This document shows positions 26,022 to 36,000 of a stretch of 64,000 nucleotides of DNA, in pieces. How positions within the stretch are numbered: position 1 is the first letter of the stretch; the number at the start of each line of letters is the position of its first letter. The position numbers and the translations under genes are program-made. Source of the DNA: a virus (lineage: Duplodnaviria > Caudoviricetes); the IMG/VR virus record IMGVR_UViG_3300042691_041259, positions 1 through 64,000 of that record. One strand, written 5' to 3'. Under the pieces are notes generated by a model. The model saw nothing but the letters and a program-made list of their open reading frames with translations. It made no database searches and had not been told where the DNA came from.

Positions 26022-26565
26022 GTTCCATTTCCATTTTTTGGCCTACTGGCATTTCTTCAAAGTCAGCACCGGCTTCAAGTGAACCTTGGCGCATCATCAA
26101 ATCATTTACCTTTTCACGGTCAGCTTTTACTCGTGAAAGCGCTTCGCCAACTGGCTTGATTAAATGATCGTGGAAATATGTAGCCTTTTCCAAACCTACA
26201 CCTTCTACTTTGTTGATGAAAAACCACAGAGCTTCAAGAGGCAATACTTGCAAAAAGAGTTCTTTACCTTCTTGCGCTTTATCAATAGCCTTTTGAATTT
26301 CTTTTGTCATTTCAACAATACCTACCGCCTCGGTAAATTTCCACTGTGCTTCGTTCTTTACAAAGTCCAACAGTTTTTGGCCAGCTGCCGCGCCGCCTTG
26401 AACAATATAGTACTTGGTTTCAATTTCCTTGTGACGTGAGTCAATTTCTTTTTGGAGCTCAGCAGCCATTTGTGCACGCTCCTCTTTAGAAAGTTTTGAG
26501 ACTGGAGTTTGTCCGTCAGATTTCATTACTTTCATTGTGGGAATTTCGGTTTCTTTCTTTGACAT
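26005..26565 (-). CDS. Hypothetical helical protein (186 aa)
   Basis: Class II motif at 26586-26611 upstream. Confidence 0.6.
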   Translation of the reverse strand: MSKKETEIPTMKVMKSDGQTPVSKLSKEERAQMAAELQKEIDSRHKEIETKYYIVQGGAAAGQKLLDFVKNEAQWKFTEAVGIVEMTKEIQKAIDKAQEGKELFLQVLPLEALWFFINKVEGVGLEKATYFHDHLIKPVGEALSRVKADREKVNDLMMRQGSLEAGADFEEMPVGQKMEMEHEPAQ

Positions 26566-26585
26566 AATAGTTGTTATTTATGGTG

Positions 26586-26611
26586 TTATATTCTTGTGAT
26601 GTAAAAAGTTT
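26586..26611 (-). promoter_or_regulatory. Class II motif GAAACTTTTT-N-GAATATAA
   Basis: Recurrent fixed spacing. Confidence 0.55.
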
Positions 26612-27024
26612 CAAAAAAACAGAGACATTATTTCGTTCCAATATGCAGAGAGCAAAATTGTTCCAGTAATAATACAGAAAAGCCTACTGATGACTCTCCA
26701 AAGCGTAAACCATTTGAAAATTTGGTAATACACTACTAAATGAGAATCTGTATCGGGAATTTTTTCCACAGACACAGACATTACTTCAGCCAGCCCCATT
26801 GATGCTATGTATTTGTTAACCGGCCCTAGGCGATCCAACATTTTCATAGTGATCATTTGCTCATCATCACCCTTGTCGGCTGTTGTTGGATTAAGCACTG
26901 TATAGATTCTGTAGAGCCAATCATGACGCAGACCAAACCTCATCCAATCTGGGGAATTTCTACGTGCTTTTACCTCTTTGCGAATAAGATAGAAAGCTTT
27001 TACATCAAAAAAGAATTTTCTCAT
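26611..27024 (-). CDS. Hypothetical protein with C-terminal TM, translationally coupled to the ECF sigma gene
   Basis: ATGA overlap; LFCIITGTILLSAYW TM. Confidence 0.6.
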   Translation of the reverse strand: MRKFFFDVKAFYLIRKEVKARRNSPDWMRFGLRHDWLYRIYTVLNPTTADKGDDEQMITMKMLDRLGPVNKYIASMGLAEVMSVSVEKIPDTDSHLVVYYQIFKWFTLWRVISRLFCIITGTILLSAYWNEIMSLFF

Positions 27025-27644
27025 TCTCCAATTTTTTGTTGTTCATACGACTTAATCACTTCTGGATACTTTTCCAATAGAGACTTTCGAAGTAACTCGC
27101 GGCCTTTACGAATGCGAGTCCTAACAGTGTTTTGTTTCCACCCGAGTTCTACAGATATATCCTCGTATTTTTTCTTTTCAATTTCGCGTTTTTCCATAAC
27201 CACTCGGTAGGTTTCAGGAAGATTAGAAATTTCCTCAATTGCAAAATCATATAGAAGATCTGCTGCGTGAAGATTCTCAGGTTCAACCTCGTATCGAGGT
27301 ATTTGCAATCCGGTCTTAGAATCCATATTTACTCCGCGTTCTTCCATTGCTTGAATTGAATAGTTTCTGCGAGTATGACGAAGCATAAGTAAAGCCTCGT
27401 TACGAGCTATACGATAGATCCAAGTACTGAAATTCCAATACGGATCATACATATGTATTTTAGTCCATACCTTAGCAAATGTATTCGCCATGGCTTCTTC
27501 ACGATCATCGGAAGACGGCAATAATTCTCTGAGGTAATAATTGATACTTGGCTTCATTCGGTGATAAATTCGATTGAAGTCGCTTTCAGATCGGCTGTTA
27601 AAAAAAGCCATTCCTAATTCTTGCAGTGCAGATGTTTTATTCAT
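27021..27644 (-). CDS. ECF-type RNA polymerase sigma-70 factor
   Basis: Start moved to MNKTSALQ. Region 2 (EEAMANTFAKVW...FSTWIYRIARNEAL) and region 4 (ISNLPETYRVV...KYEDISVELG..NTVRTRIRKGR). Confidence 0.9.
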   Translation of the reverse strand: MNKTSALQELGMAFFNSRSESDFNRIYHRMKPSINYYLRELLPSSDDREEAMANTFAKVWTKIHMYDPYWNFSTWIYRIARNEALLMLRHTRRNYSIQAMEERGVNMDSKTGLQIPRYEVEPENLHAADLLYDFAIEEISNLPETYRVVMEKREIEKKKYEDISVELGWKQNTVRTRIRKGRELLRKSLLEKYPEVIKSYEQQKIGE

Positions 27645-27660
27645 TAGTATTTTTTTGTTA

Positions 27661-27719
27661 GGATAAAAATAATACAAAAAAACCCAAAAGTAAAATCTTT
27701 TGGCTGAAAGTTATTAACA
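27661..27719 (-). promoter_or_regulatory. Class I element upstream of the ECF sigma gene
   Basis: TGTTAATAACT-N33-GTATTATTTTTATCC. Confidence 0.75.
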
Positions 27720-27722
27720 AAA

Positions 27723-28187
27723 TTATTTTATCTGGTTGTAGTAGTCTTCGTAAAGCTTTTCAATGTTTCCTGACAAAACTCCGTAATTTTCTAACATTGA
27801 AAGATGAGAGGTCTCACGGTATTCTTTTATCCAATAGACCCATCTAAATCCTGCGTTGACTAATACCTTTGAACACACGCTACATGGTGAATGCGTAAGA
27901 ATTACAATATAGTTTTCGGGATCATGTTCCCGAAACTTTGCTATCATATTTACTTCAGCATGTATGAATCCTGAACCGCCAGGTTCAAGTGACTCTTCCT
28001 CTGTTCCGGTTCGAGGATTGACAGAAGCGCCAGGGTAAGAACCATTGTAGCCAAAGGAAGCAATTTTTTGAAATTTCCTATGGACTGCAATGGCTCCTAC
28101 CTTTAATGTGGACGCTGTCGAGAGTTCTGAAATGTGCTCCAATATAGAGACAAAAGTGTCTACTTTTTGTATAATTCTTGGAGTCAT
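27723..28187 (-). CDS. dCMP (deoxycytidylate) deaminase-like protein
   Basis: KVGAI, SFGYNG, HAEVN and THSPCSVC zinc motif. Confidence 0.9.
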   Translation of the reverse strand: MTPRIIQKVDTFVSILEHISELSTASTLKVGAIAVHRKFQKIASFGYNGSYPGASVNPRTGTEEESLEPGGSGFIHAEVNMIAKFREHDPENYIVILTHSPCSVCSKVLVNAGFRWVYWIKEYRETSHLSMLENYGVLSGNIEKLYEDYYNQIK

Positions 28188-28193
28188 TTAATC

Positions 28194-28493
28194 TTAGGCT
28201 GTTTGCTCTTCAGCCACCTGGGCTTTAGCCGGTTCTTCTGATTGTGGGCCTTCTGTTTCCGTTACTTCGTTTACCAATTTAGGCATTGCTTCAAAAATAT
28301 GAGCAACATCACGGTACGACATTTCGCCAAGGAAGCCAACAATGGCATTCGATTCGCTTTCGGTGTAAACATTGCCTTCACGCTTTACAAGCTTCATGAT
28401 TGCATGTACTTGTGAAAAACTTAATTTTGTCAACGCTTCGGTTGCCATAGCCTTAAACTCAGGCTTAAATTCAAATCTACGTTCTTTATTCAT
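28194..28493 (-). CDS. Hypothetical protein (99 aa)
   Basis: Class II motif at 28512-28537 upstream. Confidence 0.6.
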   Translation of the reverse strand: MNKERRFEFKPEFKAMATEALTKLSFSQVHAIMKLVKREGNVYTESESNAIVGFLGEMSYRDVAHIFEAMPKLVNEVTETEGPQSEEPAKAQVAEEQTA

Positions 28494-28511
28494 ATCGGTT
28501 TTTATTTATGT

Positions 28512-28537
28512 TTATATTCTAAACGTGCAAAAAGTTT
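28512..28537 (-). promoter_or_regulatory. Class II motif
   Basis: AAACTTTTTGCACGTTTAGAATATAA. Confidence 0.55.
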
Positions 28538-29052
28538 TCCTGTCGCATGAGAATTTTTATCAATTCTTCATATGATTCTTCAGTACCATCAATACAAAAG
28601 TCCCAGTCTTTGAAACCTTCAAAGTCTTTTTCATCTGCCACGAATCTTCTTAAGGATTCTGTTGGATCATCACCTCTCTTTTGGATTCGTTCATAGCGAA
28701 TCTCGAGAGGAGTGTCCACATATACTACAAATAGATGATCACGGCCTATGAGCTTTCGGTATTTCTGAAGACCGCGTGGAGTAACGATTGAAAGATTGGT
28801 TCTGTTATACTCCTCTTTTGTTATTCCATAATACCAGTCATTAAATACGTCGTACTCAAGCATACTATCGTCCTCAATACTTTTTTCAAATGCGCCTTCG
28901 GAAACAAAATAGTAGTCAACACCATTAACCTCATAGTTTCTTGGATCTCTTGATGTTGTAGTTATGGCTGACCGCGTAAGACCTTTTTCCTGTAGCATTT
29001 TTGAAAGGGTGCTTTTCCCTGAACAAGATTTACCAATTAAGATTACTCTCAT
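28519..29052 (-). CDS. gmk: Guanylate kinase-like protein
   Basis: GKSCSGKST, TTSRDPRNYEVNGVDYYFVS, WYYG. Confidence 0.88.
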   Translation of the reverse strand: MRVILIGKSCSGKSTLSKMLQEKGLTRSAITTTSRDPRNYEVNGVDYYFVSEGAFEKSIEDDSMLEYDVFNDWYYGITKEEYNRTNLSIVTPRGLQKYRKLIGRDHLFVVYVDTPLEIRYERIQKRGDDPTESLRRFVADEKDFEGFKDWDFCIDGTEESYEELIKILMRQENFLHV

Positions 29053-29363
29053 TTTTTTTCCTCCGGCTTCTTAATGTACGGATCCACTAGGAACATTGAT
29101 AACGAACGGATCCCTGCCAAGATGCCGGCAGTTTGCCAAAAACTAACGGTTGGAAATTGGAATGCCAAAACACAGCAATGCCAACCTAACCATATCAATC
29201 CGGCCAACGCCGCTAGTTTTAGTATTGCTAATGTGATAGTTCCCATAAGGCTGCCAAAAGCATATGCAGCATCAATGGTACCCACGCTTTTTTCTTTTTT
29301 CATTTCATCAATTTTATTTCTAACGCGATCTGTTAGAATGTTGTCTATATTATTGTAATCCAT
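29049..29363 (-). CDS. Small membrane protein (104 aa)
   Basis: Two hydrophobic segments; ATGA overlap with gmk. Confidence 0.6.
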   Translation of the reverse strand: MDYNNIDNILTDRVRNKIDEMKKEKSVGTIDAAYAFGSLMGTITLAILKLAALAGLIWLGWHCCVLAFQFPTVSFWQTAGILAGIRSLSMFLVDPYIKKPEEKK

Positions 29364-29528
29364 GATATTTATATTCTAATGGGTGAAAAAAGTTCTCCAA
29401 AAATATAAAACAAAAATAGGTTCTGACATGTATGCTCTATGATATAGAGTGATCATAGATCAACTTTAAATAGTGTGTAATATGAATCTTTAAACGGTAT
29501 TGCCAAATGTCACAGAATGACACCGGTG

Positions 29529-29723
29529 TTACTCATCTTCTGGGAGATCCAGACCGGCATCCTTAATGCCAGGTTTAAAGTGATTAGTCATATTATGAAA
29601 ATACGACTTTGTAAGCGCAAACCCTTTATCGCCTTTTGCAGGCTTTACCAGATATTTAGGAGGAGGCCAATTGTCCGTGCTGGATTTGTCAAACTCCTCA
29701 AATGTTTTTGTGTATTTACTCAT
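29529..29723 (-). CDS. Hypothetical protein (64 aa; trimmed from the track ORF 29529..29903)
   Basis: MSKYTKTFEEF start overlaps the end of the upstream gene. Confidence 0.55.
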   Translation of the reverse strand: MSKYTKTFEEFDKSSTDNWPPPKYLVKPAKGDKGFALTKSYFHNMTNHFKPGIKDAGLDLPEDE

Positions 29724-30045
29724 GATTATTTCGTGGAATTCTTTTCCTAGTTTCTGAAATACTCTTTGCAGCCTCCAATTCTTTTTTCTTAGCAAGCAGC
29801 TCGTTCTTCTGCATTTCAAGTTTTGCAACTCGAATGTCGAGATCATAGATCTGTCTGCCAATCCCGTCCTTTTCTCGGGAGGCGGTGTTTCTTTTTTCCG
29901 CAAGTTCTTCTATCAGAGCTAACAGCTCTGCGTTACCTGCTATTGTTTTGTCAGCCTGCTGCTTTTCGTTGTCAAGAGGCTTATCGGCTTCTTTAACCGC
30001 TTGCTTACCAGACTTCCAGTCTTTAAAATTAGTGAATCTTGCCAT
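29716..30045 (-). CDS. Coiled-coil hypothetical protein (109 aa)
   Basis: AATAAATAG (class III-like) at 30051-30059 upstream. Confidence 0.6.
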   Translation of the reverse strand: MARFTNFKDWKSGKQAVKEADKPLDNEKQQADKTIAGNAELLALIEELAEKRNTASREKDGIGRQIYDLDIRVAKLEMQKNELLAKKKELEAAKSISETRKRIPRNNHE

Positions 30046-30072
30046 TTGTTCTATTTATTCATTAAGTGTTTA

Positions 30073-33000
30073 TTACATTCGTGTACCCGGTTCAATGCTA
30101 GTAATATGAACATCCATACTTGTTGGGAATTTTATCGCGCTGGCGATAGCATTTGCAAGCTTTACATAATCAATTTGCGGCTGTGGAGGCGGAACATTTT
30201 TGCCTGCTGTTTGCTTTTCAATTGCTGTTTTCTTTTCAGCAAGAGAAGGGCCTTTTGCTGCGCCAACTGCCGTATTAACTACGCCCGTGTTATCTGCCGA
30301 ACCGTAGGCCGCATTGATTGCATTATTTGCTGTAGTGACATTTGCTGCAAAAGTTGTTGGATTTGCAGTGCTTAGAGTCAACAATGAAGTAGTCCATTCT
30401 TTAAATGCAAAAATACCGTCAGGCTGCATAAGGCTAAAGTTCTCCGCAAAGACTCTCATGTCTTTTGCCATCTTACCAAAAGAATTGGTAAACTTGGTAA
30501 ACGGATCTGCTGCTTCAGCAAGCCTTAAGATTTCATCAGTAAACTGTTTTAAGTGCGACCTCTTCTGCATGTCCTTTGGGTTCATGGTAGTAATAGTAAA
30601 CAGACCGTTGAACGCAGTTTTAGAATCTTCACCAAATTGCTTTGGGTTAGCGCTAAGGAACAATTTCATATAATCCGGGAACTTTAATAAGTTTTCCAGA
30701 GTTTGGTTCATTAAGGCAGAACCTGTAAGGGTTGATTGAATCTGCTCAGGAGTATTGTCACGTGTGTACGTTGAAACTATTGAAGTTACGCTATACTTTA
30801 AGTGTTCTCCTATACCCCAAAGAGCGCTGTTCTTATACTCGGAATACAGTCCTCCGCCTAAACTGTCAACGCTAAACAATTTAAAGAAAGCATTATAGAG
30901 ACCGTTGGCCGATTCCTCAAGAGCTAATGCAAATGTTTTTGCGGCATTTGCAGCATCGGTAATTTGTGAAGTGGTATTTACTACTCCAAAAGTTTGAACC
31001 AGACGGCCTACCAAGTTTTCTATGCTTGTGGTTACACCTATAAGTCCGCTGTTTACGCCATACGCCTCTTTATAGAAAGGCGCGCCTTCCATATCCACTT
31101 TAAACAGACTTTGATAACCAGAAGAAACATAATCAGCAAAACTTTTAAACGCTTCTCCAAATGTTTTGAAGACGTTAAAGTCGCCGATAAGCTTTAGGTT
31201 ATTTCCTATTGAAAGGCTTAGTCCCGCGGTTGCAGCATTGATTCTCCAGGTTAAAGTATCCAGATTCTTATCCTCTAGACCCGACTGGATTTCTGCAAAT
31301 TTCTTCATTGGATCTGTAAAGCCTCCCAAAAATTTGCCTATCAGCTCGGGATTTTCTCCCAATGATTCGTTTAAGCTTTCAATCTGACCCAGAACAGTTT
31401 CATTGGAAATTGCACCAAGAACTCGTGTAATTACTTGTCCGATTGTTGTAACAACATCATCAAGTCTTACAAAGTCATTTTCATAATAAATTGGCTTTCC
31501 ATCCTTGTCATACCCTTTAATCTTTTTGATCTTATCAGGGTTAGAAAAAATGCTAAGCGATTCTGCAACGCTTCCAAGTATGGATCCAATAACGTTGCCA
31601 ACTCCGGTCATCTGCTCAGGATCGCCCTCGTAATCTTCAAGTTTTACAGAGGCATCAGCAAATGCAAACATCAACTGCTGCATTGCACTTGCAAAGTTTC
31701 CAATAGACTTTGTTCCATCTATTGGCGTTCCATACAGCGGACGTCCTTGTTTATCATAACCTGTGATAACTGGAATAGCGGACAGATTAGCAAAAATACC
31801 AATGCCACTTGCAACCTTGGAAATTATTTCGCCAAGTTGCACTCCAAGAGCAATACCTTTTTCTACTGGTGAAGAACCCGTGTATTCACCAGTTAGCATT
31901 TTCATAACCGATCCTCCAATAGAGAACGGCTTGCTGTCGGTGATGTATTCACCAAGAGTTATGAATGGCTTAATTATTGAAAGTTCGCCGTCTGTTCCAA
32001 AAAGCTGCTGGAATTGTTTAACCGCTTCTGCTACGTTTGCTTGAGTAGCCTCATATAAAGGCTGCCCGTTTTGATCATAGCCAATAAGTTTTGGAATACT
32101 TTGAAGAGAAGCAAACGAACCAATTCCTTGAGCTACTGATGATAACACTGCACCAATTTGTCCCGCGGCTGAAATGCCTCGTTCAAATGGAGTAGCTCCT
32201 AAATTTACTCCAGTAATTAGAGAAAGTAGCGATGGAATGGATGAATTTTTCTCTGCTATTCTTAAGAACGGATCAATAATAGAGCTGTCGCCTTCGCCAA
32301 AAAGCATTTTGATATTTTCTAATGCCCTTTCAACATTGGCGGTTTCTGATTTAGAATAGATTGGCTGGCCTTTAGAATCATAGCCTATTACTTTTGGGAT
32401 ATTCTGTAAATTAGCAAATGCTCCAATTCCTTGTGCAATACTGGACAATACTTTTCCAATATCGCCAGCCGCAGAAATACCTCGTTGGAATGGGGTTCTG
32501 CCAAAGTCATTTCCAATCAAAATGCTTAGTAACGATCCTTGTCCGGCTCCAACCGCAGGATTATTTGCAAGATCTATAAACGGCGCAACTACACTGTATT
32601 CACCGGTAACGGATAGCGCTTTGTTAATGTTCTTTAAAGCACTGTCCAGATTAACCTTTTCAGTATCCGAAAACTTAGGATTCCCTTCCTTATCGTAACC
32701 GATAAGCTTTGGAATGTTTTCCAAATTAGCCCAAGCGCCTACGCCTTGTGCAACATTAGATAAAACCTTACCAATATCCGCTGCAGCAGAAATACCTCGC
32801 TGGAATGGAGTTCTTCCAAAGTCGTTTCCTACCAAAATACTCAGTACCGATCCTTGGCCTGTGCTAAGAACATCGGGATTTTTTCCAAGATCAATAAACG
32901 GTTGAATGATTCCTGGCATATATCTTATGATATTATCCAGTGCCTTTTCAACGTCAGCAGTTCGACCTTCATCAAATATCGGATTGCCGTCCTTATCGTA

Positions 33001-36000
33001 ACCTTTAAGTCTTGGTATGTTTTGTAAGTTAGCCCATGCACCTACGCCTTGTGCAACAGAAGAAAGCACCCTTCCAATTCCACCAGCAGCAGAAATACCA
33101 AGTTCAAATGGTGTTTTTGCAAGGTCAGTTCCTACCAAGAAAGAGAGAACCGATCCTTTAGAGGTTGATGTAAGATTTGCACGATTTGATAGATCAATAA
33201 ACGGATCAACCAATGAAGGCAAATACTCCTTGATATTTTCCAACGCTGTTTGCGCATCCACAGTTCGACCTTCATCAAATATCGGATTGCCATCTTTATC
33301 ATAACCTTTAATGGCTGGTATTTGGCTAAGGTTTGCCCATGCACCAACCCCTTGTGCTATGCTACTAAGAACTGGTCCAATCATTAAGGCGGTTGCCATT
33401 GCAAAAAACAATGTGGATCCAGTTACTGCACCGGTTGCTAGCGCTTTAACAGATCCAAAGAATCCGCCACTTGTATTTTCCGCTCCTATAAAGTTAAGGA
33501 AAGCGTCTTTAATTCCGCCTAACAAAGTATTAAGTTGGCCACCTACGTCTGATCCCGGTGGAACATTTTCCATAAATGTTTTCACACCCATTCCAATGCT
33601 GGTCAAGGCAAGTCCGGCAGTAGCCATAGCAACTGCTCCTAAAATAATTAGAGGAGAGGCCAAACCGGCCAGTGCAAAGATGCTTCCAAAACCAATAAGA
33701 TAACCAAGAGATCCTCCCATGATGGCAAGGCCACTAATAAACGAATTAGCAGTAATGGACAATCCTTTTTCCTTCTCGGTAACGCCTGAGTATTTTTGAA
33801 TTACCCCCAAGTACTTGTCAAGTCCCATTCCAAATACAGCAAGTCCTAAACCTACTGCCATGTAAGCAAGAGCACCGAGTGCTATGAAGACGGGTATTCC
33901 AAATTCAATTTGGCCGGCAAGAGCAAAGATGGTTCCATAAAGTATTAGTGACATTGCGCCAACTGCAATAAGTCCTAATCCAACAAGCATTGAGCCAACG
34001 GTTTCCCAAGGGCTTCCTTTAAGTTGTGTACCGCCCATAACACCTTGGCCACCAACTCCCATAACCTTTGCAATTCCTGAAAGATAAACGGTAAGACCTA
34101 AACCAAATACCGCAAGACCTAATCCAATTGCAGCGGCTGCTATAGCGCCGCCAATAATCTCAGTCTTAAACATACCAAGAATAAAGAAGGTGGCAGCCGA
34201 AACCGCAATAACTGACAAGGCAATAAGTCCGCCTTTTACAAGATCTCCACCCGATGCTATATCAGCAGCTTTTTTCAGCGAGAATACTAGAGCAAGTACT
34301 CCTAATCCTAGCGATGCCATGCCTAAAGCCATCCACATTGCAGCTTGTGAACCTTTTTTGATAGTGTTATCAAAGGCTCCTAACAGTGCAAACGCTGCTC
34401 CAAATGCTACCAATGATCCTACTATCTTAAGTAGGTCAGGCATTTTTACAAATGAAAAGACAAATGACGCTCCAAAGACGGCAAGCGTAAAGATGGCTAA
34501 TCCCATAGCCATATTTTTTACTACGCCTGTTCCTTTTTTGATCGGGTTTTCCATGACTCCTACTAGTGCAAATGCACCGGCAACTAGAGCCAGACTGATG
34601 GTTAATTTAAGTATTCCTTCAATCGGAACAATGGTCATTACAAAGGCGGATGCTGCCAGGGCTAGCGTAAATAACGCAAGCCCTTTTGCCATACCTCTAA
34701 TAGTATCAACTCCTTTATCAATTTGAGTTTGCGCTTTACCTATTAAAAAGAATGTCAGGCCGATGGCAGCCATTGTAATAGTAAGCTTTAAGATACCTTC
34801 TAATGGAATAATTGACATAACTGCAGCGGAAGCTGCCAATGCAAGTGTAAATATTGCAAGGCCTTTAGCCATTCCTCTGATTGATTCAGTTCCTTTGTCT
34901 ACGTCTTCTTTACGTTTACCAAGGAAGCTAAAGAACGCTCCCATTGCAAATGCCAAGATTGCAAGTTTTGCAATTCCAGCGAAGTCAACAAAATTCATCG
35001 CTATACCTGCAACTATTGCTGCAAGTGAGAAAAGCGCTAAACCTTTGGCCATTGCCTGAGTGTTTTCAGCACCTTTCTTAACGTCATCAGCAAACTGCGT
35101 TGATCCCAAAAACTTAAAGAAAACGCTAAACGCCAACAGAGTGCCAGCCATCATAGCAAGACCTGATACGCTAACAAATTTATCAAATGCAACGGATGCT
35201 GCTACTGCAGCAAGCGTAAATAATGCTATGGCTTTACCCATGCCCATTACATTTTGATGGCCTTTTTCTACGCTAGTTCCAAATTCACCCGAGCCAAGAT
35301 AACCCATTACCTTTCCCATTAGGAATACGCCTGCGGATAAAGCCAAGATTCCGGGTATTCCGAATGCTACCATTGCAGTGCCAGAAACTATAACCGATAA
35401 GGTAAACCAGGCAATTGCTTTGCCCATACCCTTTAAATTTGCGTTTCCTTTTTCTACCGCCTCACCAGTAGTAGCGCCTCCTAAGTTTTCATAAACTTTT
35501 GTAAGAGCCGATATTGAAAGAGCTATAGTTGCAACGCCTAAAAGAATAAGTGGAGCTAGCGGCGCAATAAGAGCAAACCCAAGAGTGCTTTTTGCTAGTC
35601 CTGCAATTTGTTTGAAATTCTCATTTCCATCCTTAATCTGCTTTTCTGTTTTTGGATTGGCTAATGAGTCATAGATCTTCATAAAGGTTACAACTGCAAG
35701 AGCGGTAAACGCTGCACCTATTACTGCTAATGGACCAAGTGGCGCCAGTAACGAAAGGTACAGCATGCCTTTTGCAATCTTTCCAATTTCTATAAAGTTG
35801 GAATTACCTTGCTTTATGTTTTCTGTAGTTTCTTTTGAACCCAGAACCGTGTATATCTTATTAAACGCTGTAACTGTTAGGTATATGCCAGCCACAGAAA
35901 TTGCCATAATTGGAATGAGCGGCGCTATGAGGGTAAGCCCAATAAGATTTTTAATTAACTTCTTAGTAGAAACTCCTAAGCCTTCCGCTACTGCTAATCG

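Noticed and set aside
29724-29903. N-terminal half of track ORF 29529..29903
   Set aside because: Alternate-frame overlap with 29716..30045; the ATG at 29723 fits the gene chain better.
32958-33291. GTTCGA strings resembling tRNA T-loops
   Set aside because: They lie inside the coding repeats of the tape-measure-like gene, with no cloverleaf.
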